From Antedon mediterranea (Eukaryota > Animalia > Echinodermata): a stretch of DNA of 64,000 bases. A program made the position numbers and the translations under genes. Below, piece after piece: positions 17,630 through 30,100 of this stretch. The stretch is from contig NC_092677.1 in the NCBI RefSeq assembly GCF_964355755.1, positions 6,532,101 to 6,596,100 on the forward strand. Direction: 5' to 3'. The notes beneath the pieces were generated by a model. It had not been told where the DNA came from and did not search any database. It saw only the letters and a program-made list of their open reading frames with translations. Position 1 is the first letter of the stretch, and each line of letters starts with the position of its first letter.

Positions 17630-20600
17630 TAGCAGGGTAACTTAGCACTTTTTTTGTGCACTTTGTGACAAAAGCACCAAATTTGGCACAAACCTTCTTT
17701 AGGGTATATCTAACAATCCTAGAAGGGGTGCCCAAAAATCGGAACAATTTAAGGACGTCATTTGGACCACGCCCTTTTTTTAGTATTACGTAATTTGGAG
17801 AAAACTTAAATTTCGTATATACATACCAAGTTTGGTATCAAATTAAAACTCATGAAATGTACATTGCAATACACACATACAAAATATATGATTTCTCTTC
17901 AGACGGAATATATAGGTCAAATAATGTAATTATCTGTCATATTGAAGGGGATTTAAATCAAAACGCGCCAATATTGTGCTATGTTATGAACATTGTACAG
18001 TAGTTATAAGAACCACAACATTAATTTTTGTAATAAAACTACTAATATATATTTATCCTGTACCAGTTACTTTCCTTTAACATAATATTAGGAACCACTG
18101 AAAAAAAGTATATAAAACATATACTGTATCAAACTTGGCTAAATAATCACTGGACTAAGTAAACAGGCAAAAAACCATTTGACTGACAATTATGGCGTTA
18201 GCATCCATAATAATACACGGAGGTGATTATCGACTTTACTTTTATGAAATTATTTATCTGGAAACAAACACTTATAATGGTACAGAGTTGCTAGATGACG
18301 AACAAGTTCCACGGCATGGGTAACAAAGACCAGTGCAAGAAAGACCTGCTGAACGGCACTTGCAGTTCCCTGAGCAAAAAGGCAATTCCCATCCACATTA
18401 GGGACATGAATACACTACCTGTAAACATCAAAGAAGATTTTAAGAAGTTCTGGGTTATTTAAAAAACAACAAGAAAGTTCTCCTGTATGCCCATTGACCA
18501 ATCTCATGAGCAGAACAATGAATTAGTAAAAGGAACTGGGGGTGCAGTCGGACTTACAGAAAATCCAACAGCGTTTAAGAGGTGGATGGTGGCGGAGCCA
18601 GAACAAGCGAGACTGATTACAGAGTTCGAGAGTCAGTTCATGGTTTATGATCCGAATGACTTTCAGCAACGAGAACAAGGACTCTCTACCCAAGAAACAT
18701 ATAAAGTTCAGGTCAACAGGCTACACAAAACAATTTCAAATGCAGGCAACCCATTCCTCGATAATTGTTCAGAACTTCTGGTCTTGGATGCTCGAGATTG
18801 TGACAATGAAAGTCCAGTAGTGACAGTTCGTACAATTCAGGATGTAGGTACTACCCAGTACCAAAAATATTTCAAGGAAGTTATTCTCGACAGAAGTGTT
18901 GCAATTCAACAAGCCATCAAACACAATAAGCTGCCGTTGTTCAACACACCACGGTAAAAATCAGTGTCCAAAACAAAGCAACAAGTTAAGAGTTTAAAAA
19001 GTGACTGCAGCCTATTCAGTCGACTGTATATTGCAAGTCAATCTCGTGATGGAGATTTGGAAGACTTCTTCATGCATTAAAACCAGCCATGGCCACCCTC
19101 TTTGGCAGTAAATGGAAAGCTTCGACTACCAACTAAGAAGTCTGAGTTGCTACAGCATTTGGAGACTGAAGGCCAGCCTGAAACTCCTACATATTTTGAC
19201 GTAAAGGTGTTTGACGGAGCTGCTATTGTCCATGCTCTTTCCAGCAACCATGCATTTACATGTTATGACTATGGTGATAAGGTGAGTACATTTCTTTGCA
19301 TTCAGGATTGTATCTATTGTTTAACCACCACATAATTGGTCACTTCTATATGCGGATCGTTATTCTTGTATCATTTGTATGACAGGTCTTTCTACCGTGG
19401 ACCAGACAGCAGCTGCAGAATAGTAACAGAATTGATATAGTGTGGGACACTTACAGAACAGATAGTCTTAAGCAGTCTACAAGAGAAAAAAAGAGGAAAA
19501 GGGGTCAGGAGGAAAGTTGGGGGACAAACAAAGATTCCATGGGATTTTTCAGACTTTCTGAAAGATCCAGTAAATAAAGAGGAGTTATTTAACTTTTTAA
19601 CTACGAAGGTGTCTACCCATGATTACTCTGACTGCAAAGAAGTTTACATTACATCAGGTAAGTTTTATTATGATACATACTAATTTATTTTGTTTGTAAC
19701 CAAACGATTAATTTACTTATACAGTTTCGTACCAATAATTAATTTAAAAGGCATATTAGATTAGTATGTAATTCTTGATATATGTCCTGTAGGCGAGTCT
19801 GATGTATCCCGGACATCTACTCAGCCTATGTCAATCTGCAACCATGAAGAGACCGACTCCAGGATGTGCATTAAAAGGTAGCAGGGTTATTTTGGTGCGT
19901 ACAGTTGATACTGATGTCATTGTTATCCTAGTTGGTATTTTCTGCAATCTAATAGCCTGTTATCCTGGTACGTGTATCTGGGTCGCATTTGGCATGGGTA
20001 AGCACTTCCAATATTTTAATATAAATACCATCTGCCATAACCTAAGAGAGGATAAGTCAAGAGAGCTGCCAGTTTTCCATGCATTTACTTCCCAGTTCTT
20101 CGGAAAAGCAAAACACTCCGCATGGGAGACGTGGAACTCATTTCCAGCAGTCACAGAAGCCTTTCTTTTCATGGCACATCACCTTTTCAAATCTCTAGGA
20201 GTCAACTCATCTCAATTCCAGTTGCTAGAGGAGTTTACATGTCATCTATACTACAAGACTTTAAGAAGTGTTACAAAGCTAAGACAAGATCTTTTTTTAA
20301 GAAAGGCACGGACAATGGACAACATTCCTCCTACACAGGTAAGGGGAGCAATTGTGGTTTAATAATTTATTATCAGGTTCATTTTTTTTCTTTCATTAAA
20401 AGGTAACACTAATCTTTAAATTGTTTATTGCAGGATGCACTTTTACAGCATTCCAACAGATCCATATACCAAGCAAGCAATTGGACCACCAGTCTACAGC
20501 CACAGCAGAATGCTCCATCACCAGTACATGGACACCAGTCTGGACCATACTACCTGAAGCATCCAAGGCATGTGTAGGGAATTGCTAAAGTGTCGCTGCA

Positions 20601-21322
20601 GGGAACTGCAAGTGCCGTTCAGCAGGTCTTTCTTGCACTGGTCTTTGTTACCCATGCCGTGGAACTTGTTTGTCATCTAGCAACTCTGTACCATTATAAG
20701 TGTTTGATTCCAGATAAATAATTTCATAAAGTAAAGTTGATAATCACCTCCATGTATTGTTATGGATGCTAACGCCATAATTGTCAGTCAAATGGTCTTT
20801 TGTCTGTTTACTTATATATATATGTTTTATATACTTTTTTTCAGTGGTTCCTAATATTATGTTAAAGGAAAGTACGGTAACTGGTACAGGATAAATATAT
20901 ATTAGTAGTTCTATTACAAAAATAAATGTTGATGTTCTTATAACTACAATGTTCATAACATAGCACAATATTGGCGCGTTTTGATTGAAATCCCCTTCAA
21001 TATGACAGAAAATTACATTATTTGACCTATATATTCCGTCTGAAGAGAAATCATATATTTTTTATGTGTGCATTGCAATGTACATGTCATGAGTTTTAAT
21101 TTGATACCAAACTTGGTATGTATATACGAAATTTAAGTTTTCTCCTAATTACGTAATACTAAAAAAAGGGCGTGGTCCAAATGACGTCGTTAAATTGTTC
21201 CGATTTTTGGGCACCCCTTCTAGGATTGTTAGATATACCCTAAAGAAGGTTTGTGCCAAATTTGGTGCTTTTGTCACAAAATGCACAATCTTCATAAAAA
21301 ATGGAAGTTAGCAACCCTGCTA
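17630..21322 (+). mobile_element. Academ (AcademX-type) DNA transposon derivative with ~730-bp inverted arms (element E2)
   Basis: Termini TAGCAGGGT / ACCCTGCTA; TAT TSD (17627-17629, 21323-21325); inverted arms 17630-18372 and 20599-21322; internal transposase-XPG-Cys8 remnant. Confidence 0.85.
18373..20699 (+). pseudogene. 5'-truncated Academ transposase/XPG-like nuclease/Cys8 (CXC) pseudogene with 3 introns
   Basis: Motifs IDQSHEQNNELVKGTGGAVGLTENP, VFDGAAIVH, RIDIVWDTY, CNHEETDSR, RTVDTDVIV, ELLKCRC..CKC..AGLSCTGLC. GT-AG introns 19282-19385, 19658-19792, 20339-20433. Premature stops near 18460, 18956 and 19079, plus frameshifts. Confidence 0.85.
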
Positions 21323-21369
21323 TATATTCTTTTGCCAGCAGCTCCAACTTAGTTTAGCCTATCCGCTAG

Positions 21370-23685
21370 GGAGTATGGTCGAAGCGGCCGCCAACCAAAG
21401 CGGCCGCCAGTTTAATATCGTCATTTGTATGGAACGCCATTGCGCTTTAATCTTTGATTGTGATTGTTGATTTAAGTTTGCCTGCCTGCCGATAAATCAA
21501 TGTATATTTTATTTGTATTTACTATTAACTAATACATAGGCCTCTATCGAAATATATTTTGCCGAATCTATATATCTCGTTTACATACTATTGGATCCTT
21601 ATACAGTATTGCAATAATAATTTACGTATACGGTATTGCCGAATCTTTATATCTCGTTTATATACTATTAAATCCTTATACAGTATTGCAATAATAATAA
21701 TTTACCTACGTTATTGTCGAATCTTTATATCTCATTACATACTATCGAATTTTATACAGTCTTGCAATAATAATTTACATACGGTATTGCCGAATATTTA
21801 TATCTCATTTACATTTAACTATCAAATTTTATACAGTATTGCAATAATAATTTACGTACGGTATTGCCGAATATTTATATCTCATTTACATTTAACTATC
21901 GAATTTTATACAGTATTGCAATAATAATTTACGTACGGTATTGCCGAATATTAATATCTCATTTACATACTATCGAATTTTATACAGTATTGCATTAATA
22001 ATTTACATACGGTATTGCCGAATCTTTATATCACATTAACATACTATTGAATCTTTATACAGTATATTGCAATAATAATTTACGTACGGTATTGCCGAAT
22101 ATTTATATCTCATTTACATTTAACTATCGAATTTTATACAGTATTGCAATAATAATTTACGTACGGTATTGCCGAATATTAATATCTCATTTACATACTA
22201 TCGAATTTTATACAGTATTGCATTAATAATTTACATACGGTATTGCCGAATCTTTATATCACATTTACATACTATTGAATCTTTATACAGTATATTGCAA
22301 TAATAATTTACGTACGGTATTGCCGAATATTTATATCTCGTTTATATACTATCGAATCTTTATACAGTATTGCATTAATAATTTACGTACGGTATTGCCA
22401 AATCTTGATATCTCATTTGACATATGTACTATTGAATCTTTATACAGTATTGCATTAATAATTTACGTACGGTATTGCCGAATCTTTATATCTCGTTTAC
22501 ATACTATTGAATTTTTACAGTATTGCATTAATAATTTACGTACGGTATTGCCGAATATTTATATCTTGTTTACATACTATCGAATCTTTATACAGTATTG
22601 CAATAATAATTTACGTACGGTATTGCCAAATCTTGATATCTCATTTGACATATGTATACTATTGAATCTTTATACAGTATTGCATTAATAATTTACGTAC
22701 GGTATTGCCGAATCTTTATATCTCGTTTACATACTATTGAATCTTTACAGTATTGCATTAATAATTTACGTACGGTATTGCCGAATATTTATATCTTGTT
22801 TACATACTATCGAATCTTTATACAGTATTGCAATAATAATTTACGTACGGTATTGCCGAATATTTATATCTCATTTACAGGTACTATCGAATCTTGGTTT
22901 TTATTATTAGTAATAGGGTGTGTTATACATTTAAGTGTTATTCCATTGTAATACATTGTTTGTGTTTTCAATAAAGCAACATGGGACGCGCACCTAATGT
23001 GCAGCAGCACTATTGCTGGCCGTCAGTCGAGTTATTAGCAGAAATTCGCGTAATTAATTACCGTATCAAACAGACACTTTCATCTTATTTTAGTATTTAA
23101 AACTCATTTTCAATTGATCAATGTTTAAATATCTGAAGTAATAAAATAGTGTAGAATATTAAATAAATTGCTGTCATCATGTTATTGTAATTAAATTATG
23201 ATTGCGAACACTACTAGTTACTTTACTAATTACTTTACTAATTAATTAATATAAAATAACAAATATTTTTAATTATTAATATATTTATATATTTTGATAT
23301 ACTTTATTGATTGGTTTATTTATATATAATTCTTAATAATTGGCTTATTATTATATTGTATTATATTAATATACAATATAAACACCACAATGTATTTTAT
23401 AGACTTTATTAAACATATCATTTAGAACAGTTAAAATAAGTAATCATCGATTCGCCATTTCGTTTAAAAGAACGTACGCGTATCACATTCAATCTGTAAA
23501 AAAAAGAGAATAAGTTACATAATAATGTAGATTGTTATTTACGTCCGAGGTAAAGAAAACCTGTCGAAACAATGACAATCAAAGATTACAAAACAACGAC
23601 AATCAAAGCGCACACGGCGTTCCATACAGATTACCGTTATTGAACTAGCGGCCGCTTTAGTTGGCGGCCGCTTCGACCGTAATCC
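21370..23685. mobile_element. Non-autonomous TIR element (MULE- or Merlin-like) carrying an internal satellite
   Basis: TIR GGAGTATGGTCGAAGCGGCCGCCAACCAAAGCGGCCGC vs ...GCGGCCGCTTTAGTTGGCGGCCGCTTCGACCGTAATCC; TSD TCCGCTAG(G) / TCTGCTAG(G). Confidence 0.8.
21557..22893. repeat. Tandem array, ~75-bp unit, ~17-18 copies
   Basis: Unit TACGGTATTGCCGAATCTTTATATCTCGTTTACATACTATCGAATCTTTATACAGTATTGCAATAATAATTTACG; source of the spurious ORFs at 21559, 22275 and 22652. Confidence 0.95.
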
Positions 23686-23696
23686 TCTGCTAGGCC

Positions 23697-23745
23697 TACT
23701 ACTACTACTACTACTACAGTACTACTACTACTACTACTACTACTA
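23697..23745. repeat. (CTA)n microsatellite in a TAGGCCTA-rich tract
   Basis: Run of ACT/CTA trinucleotides. Confidence 0.85.
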
Positions 23746-24031
23746 GTAACTAGTAGTAGTACTAGGCCTAGGGTAGGCCTACTTATAGTATAAGTTAATA
23801 AGGCCTATCCATCAATTTATGCCCTAAACTAAGAGTCTTAAGTCTCTACTAGGCCTAGGTCTAAAATCCTTTATCTAATCTTTACCTAGTAGGCCTAGTT
23901 GTAGTTATTGCTTAAACCATTTCTTCGTTTATTAATTAAGGTTGATATTTTTTTTAATGCATTCATTTTGGGTTTATTTCAGTTTACTACAGTAATAACT
24001 AATATTGTAACATAACACAACAACAAGCAAG

Positions 24032-24129
24032 ATGGGAAGTTATGATTATGATCAGAAATGGAGAAACAGTCATTCCAAGTACGACAGTTTTCCCAAAACA
24101 TTCCAAAATTCATCTCAATTTTTACCAAA
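24032..24129 (+). CDS. Uncharacterised gene, coding exon 1 (MGSYDYDQKWRNS...LPK)
   Basis: Acceptor tttcag ending at 23982 (UTR part), ATG at 24032, donor AA|GTAAGT. Confidence 0.7.
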
Positions 24130-27100
24130 GTAAGTGTAATAATACACTCTTTTTTTCGCCATGATCAATCACATTGCAGGCTGCAATGCTCTACCATGTT
24201 TCTTATTACAGTATACAAATAATGACTGTGAAATGGTACAAATAAATTCATGATGTGAAAATATAACAAATTTAATATCAATTAAATTATTTATACTATA
24301 TCACGAATATTAAACATTCATTATTTGTTTGCTCACTCACTGTGTAACAAAAATGAAGGGACGCAAGTGCAATATCACATCCCTTCATGTGACCCACAAT
24401 CGTCCAATCAAATTACAAAATCTACATGGGCATGATGTGATATGTAACACCTTTGTATCTCATCTGAAGGACAAGGCAATAATGCACTTTGTCATTTTTA
24501 TGAACCACTATTTAACGTGCGTCATTTGTCCGATGTGCGTCAATATGTTATGAATACCATGATACACCCGTGCATCAAAAATATGACTTACCTTTGACCA
24601 TGACGCACTGTGACCATGTTGTTTATAATATGGAGGGTGGTAAAGTGACGAACATTGACACACCATTGTTCATTGATGTGACGTACCATCTAGGTTTTTT
24701 GACGCACCCCTGCATAAATAATTATTTGTATATGACGCACCCATGACACACCTTCCGAAGGTCGTATAGTGCATTAAGAGTAAACCATTTAGGGATTTTT
24801 TTAAAAATTAAGGTTGCCACAATCTTCTGGCTTTGATGACATTGAAAGAATCTCACCTAGTCTCCGATGCAGTAGGTATCCTGTTATTCCACCTTTGACC
24901 CCTCCTGATGACAGGTTAGTCAATTGAAAATTAAATTGTTTTGCTTTTTCATGTGCTAGTGAAATTTGTAGCATTTTTGTTATGCCTACAAAAGCCTTTG
25001 AAAAACGCTGAGAATTTAGGAAAGTGATATGCTATCTAAATAAACTTACTAACCAAATTTAGGGGAATCAATGCCTTAAAATAAACTTAAACTCGCACAT
25101 CACATCGCGCTCATGTTCGGTCTGGCAGCCTGAGAAAAATATTGCAAGCTTTAAGCATTCTTTCACATCAAGCACGAATTCGGTTATCTGTTGTCAAGCA
25201 AGGTCATTCATGCTCACTGTTGATTGGTCAAAAGAAAAAACGTATGATTTCAGAAAATAAATGACTTCTTTATCCATCGCTCCGAGTCCGAATCAGGTAC
25301 AAATTCAAATTGTACGAGTTTGTACGATTCAATGCTTTACCACTGGACCCATTTTACATGATATTTTTCTCAGGCCGCTGGACTGAATCTGGACGTGATG
25401 TGAAAGCAGCTTTAGGTAAGGTAGAAGACTTTGATAGTAGCTGTCCCCATCCAGCACAATAACATTTATGTTGTTGTTTGTTTTAAATACAGACACCATG
25501 CAAGACAAGGTGACTATCCACCACATTTTCCTCACAATTCCTATGACCCTCCGGATGATCCTTATGGTATATCACACAAGCTAAAAACCAGGCCATATCA
25601 ACGTAGCTACCCATCTTCTGCTGAGCAGCTTGAGTCATTTCGTTTTCAAGAAGCTTTTAATCCTGTACATGTTGATAGAAGTCTTGCTCATTTCTCGCCA
25701 CACATCCATAACAGGCGTGTTAAACAGGATGAAGCTAAGGTATAAATTCATTTGTTTGTTATGCACACTGGTACCATATTTATGTGACTGCTTAAAAAAA
25801 ATGAATTAATACTTAAATCCTGTTTCAAATAAATGCCCCATTTACTTTAACATATTAATTAAAAAACAGTTTGTATTTGTTAAGATGATTAATAAGATTA
25901 AGATGATGTCATATCACTATCATATTTGGGTATATCACTACCATATTTGGGTATATCACTACCATATTTGGGTATATTACTACCGTATTTGGGTATATCA
26001 CTATCATATTTGGGTATATCACTACCATATTTGGGTATATCACTACCATATTTGGGTATATTACTACCGTATTTGGGTATATCACTACCATATTTGGGTA
26101 TATCACTACCATATTTGGGTATATTACTACCGTATTTGGGTATATCACTACCATATAGCGTAGACAGAGCTTAACTGAAACTCTTCACAAACTAATTTAT
26201 TTGTGCTGCCCTCTTTAGCCAAAACTGGAATTAGTTTTTTAAACAAATAATGTCAACATAAAAAATTTTTTATAAAAAAAATTAAGAGAATCAAAACTAT
26301 TCTGTTACATCTGCTGTTTTAAATAATCATGTTTTTTAATGTGTCAACAAGCAACTGCTCTTTATGAATCAATTAGTGTGTAACTTTAGTACTGGTAATA
26401 AGAAATGTGTTTGTTTGAATATGACAGCATTGTTCCCCAAAGACCATAGAAACATTGCAGAAATAAAAGCTTTGAAACTTTCCACTAAACATTAACACAT
26501 CACATTGGCTGCCAGACCTTTTTTAAGGTACATATGCCAGAACAAGTTATTAAGAACAGAGGCTGCCACCACAATATATTATTACTTTCTACAATAAAAC
26601 ACAACAAAGAAATGGAAGTTATATTCACATTATTGTCTAGGTGCATCTTCTCACTAGCCTATGAAATTGTGATGTTTTATGATGTATACATGCAGATAAA
26701 CAAAAACTGTTTTAAATTTTTTTAAATTTTATTTTTTACCCTATTTAATGAGGGGGATCCATCCAGCGATTGCTGATCATTAGGAACCCTCATAAGTTCA
26801 CAAGACAAACATACACAAGATGCTCTACATAACCAAAGTCTTATTACAAGTCTTTGGGAGTGGAGTTGTAATTTTGTCCTTAGAACAAATCCTGACATGT
26901 GAACCCAGGACCCTTTGAGTGGTAGCCAAGCATCATAACCACCAAGCCACAATTCCACTCCTAATAGTGAAGTGTTATCGTTTCCGGTAGCCTAGATAAA
27001 CCTGGCAGCCAAATTAAAATTGTGGGTGTTAGTTTTATTCTGATCACTCCAAGGACGGCCATTCATCCATGGCAGACAAGTTATTTGTAGTTTGCCTAAT

Positions 27101-30100
27101 TTCTTATAAACTAAAATAAAATGTTATTACCAATTTGCTTTAAAGATGAATAAAAGCTCTGTCTACAACTATGTTTTATCCTGACTTTGGTCTGTATTTA
27201 TTATCACAATGCTTACTTTATAGTCATGTTTTTATTTTAGAATTTAAAAATAGCAGCACGTGATATTGCTGTTGATATACTAGAGGAAACTACATCAGAT
27301 ATTGTGCAAAGTGTAGCGGAGGAAACCTCAATAATGGCTAAAAAAAGGTACACTTACAGTAATTTGAAAAATACAGATTTTTAATTAGGTGATGTTTTTT
27401 TGTTTGCAGGAAATTTGGTTAATACTACTACAGTAGAACCGTCCTTTTTGGTAAACCCTTTTTGAGCTTCCTGTGAAACGAGCAAAGGTTCACTTTGTTG
27501 GGTCCTGCTAGTGCCCCCTTTCTAATTCTATGTTTTTACTTTTTTTTTACTGTTTCTCTAATACATTCTCATTCAGTCTCTTGACAAGGAAAAAGATATC
27601 AAACTGCAACCTTCTGTTTGATATAAAATAAGGCCCCTGTTATATCTTGTATTACAAACACACATAAGTAGATTCTTGTCATTTAATTGGAGGATTGTTG
27701 TCACATGATATTAAATAAATGTTCTATTACACTCTTAATTACGTCATCGAAAGTGCATTGACATCATATGCAAGTACTGCACTTTTGTTTTGTGCACATT
27801 TTGTTACACAGCGAGCAACCACACAAGCAACACAATGCTAGGCTGTTGTTAACTGACCATGTTCGATCAACCTTTTATCTTTCACCCCATGAAATTATTT
27901 GCACTATTGCACTCATAAACATTCATTATTTGCATACTATTGAAAAATATAACCATACACTGTTATTGACATTGTTGAAAAGGCCGTACAGTAGGTTGTT
28001 TATAACTTTTCTATATGCTTGTATTTTATTACTTAGATTATGGCAGATTTATTCCGAAGACAGTAGGTATTATCATCCAAGTTTTACCTCTGTTTACGAT
28101 GACGTCTTAAACGAAGAACTGCGTGCCATTATTAAAGAGGTCGTCAATGAAATGGTTACAGATTACTTTAAATTAAAAGCAACAACTAATGATCCTGATA
28201 TAAAGAATATAGAAAAACCAGAATTTCTATGGAGAAATGTAAGTCATTGAACTCTTTAAATTAATTGAGTTTTTTATTTTGCTTGCTTCAAATGATATTT
28301 TTAATGGTGTCAATTTACACAAACTAAATTGTAAATTCATACATCCGTAACAAAATACTTTCAAATTTTCCAGTGGGAATTTTGAACTTTATTCTTTTTC
28401 CGTATCTGTATACTTGTAGGCGTTTAATTTGTTTGTACTTAATTAATTTGCCATAGAAGGTTAAAATGATTTATTGTTTTTAGTTATAGAATACTAATAG
28501 ATCATTTTTTTAAGTAATGTATTATGTTGGATATTTTTAGGTCTTGTTAATATAGAATTTGGAAAAGTGAAATATTGAAAGAATTGATGAGCATAGCCAA
28601 AATAAGAGAGGTGCTTGAATAATTAATTGTTTAATATATATTTTATATTCTAACAAATTTTGAATTGTACACAATACTTTTAAATTGGAATATTGATTTT
28701 TTAACTAGTTTTGTAAATCATTTATATAATCTTTTTTTTTTTTGTTATGTTTAGCTTGTTAATCACATATTTATAGTTTTTATTTTTATATCTCAATTAT
28801 ATTTATGTAAGTTCAACGTTTTCAGGCTTCCAGCTGCTTGTTATTTATGTCTATATGTTGTTTTATACCATAATTAATATAAATCAATCAATCAATCTTG
28901 GGCATCTGCATTTATTTATAGTAAACAATTTTTATGCCATGTCATTGTCAGGGCTTTCCAAAGGTAGGTAATGCATTTTCCCCTTCAGTTAATGAACTAA
29001 ATTACCAGGATGTTTTTTTTAATATAAATAAATAATTTAGAGAAATTGCACTTATTGGTATGTGGGAAGATGACTCAAAATATCCACTAATGATTATTGA
29101 GTCTGATAAGTTAATTTTGTCAATTGTTCAATTCCTTCATCACCAAAACACTAGTATTGATTGATTCATGGAATGGATGAATATAATAATAAATTAATTA
29201 AGTTCATTAAAAGTCCAGAAATAATTTTGTTTGCTTGGGTTGACAACCTTTAGGTCACCAAGTAGCCTTGTCTATGTTTTGAAGAGAAACTTATTAAATA
29301 ATTTCCAATGAGGAGCTTTTTTATTTCATCACACTTCATTGAACAATTTTATCCGTTGTCCAAAGACGATGCACGTTCGGAAACATTCGATAGTTCTGCA
29401 AAGTCTTACTGTAAGGTTGTTTTTCCAGGGAAGAGTTAAATTAATTAATTTAACTCTTCTCTGGTTTTTCACTTGGATGCAACACAACATAGTGCAAAAC
29501 AAGTCAACTGACCGATCACAAGTGGCAGTTAGATGGCCAATTGTGGTGCAACCAAGTGGAAACAAAGTTTAATCCTATGACATCAATCCACATTTCCAAT
29601 TCACAGATTAACGTCAATCCATAAAAATACTTTTACATTTTGTCTCCATTTTTAGATACCTGAAATATTTACAGAAGTGTTTCAAAATGACTTATCAGAT
29701 GAAATATACAATGATGCATTGTCATCAGTGGTGCATGATGTCATACAAAGTCAACTGATGTCAGAGGTCAAATCAAATAGTGTGTCACAAACTAATGTAA
29801 GTCAATAATGATTTAGTTATATTTTTATGCATTGCAATAAATATAATGTTTTTAATCGCGTTTAAAAAGATACATAATACATTAAAATCCCTATTAAGAG
29901 GACACCTTTGTCCCCCATCAGTGTCCCCTTAATACAGGTATCTCTTAAGTAGAGGTTGACAGTAGTGTTATAACATTGGCCCTTGTTCTTTTTATGGAAA
30001 AATCTCTTTAATACTTTTAATGGGTCTGTCCCAAAAGGCAGGGTCTGGATGCGATGTTACCTAACTTTATGTTCCTCCAGTTCACCAATGATCTGGTGAA

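Noticed and set aside
21557-22893. Regular repeat array as CRISPR, or its ORFs as genes
   Set aside because: Head-to-tail units with no unique spacers, eukaryotic context and no cas genes; the ORFs are repeat translations.
25885-26174. Three overlapping repetitive ORFs
   Set aside because: Produced by a 21-bp minisatellite inside an intron.
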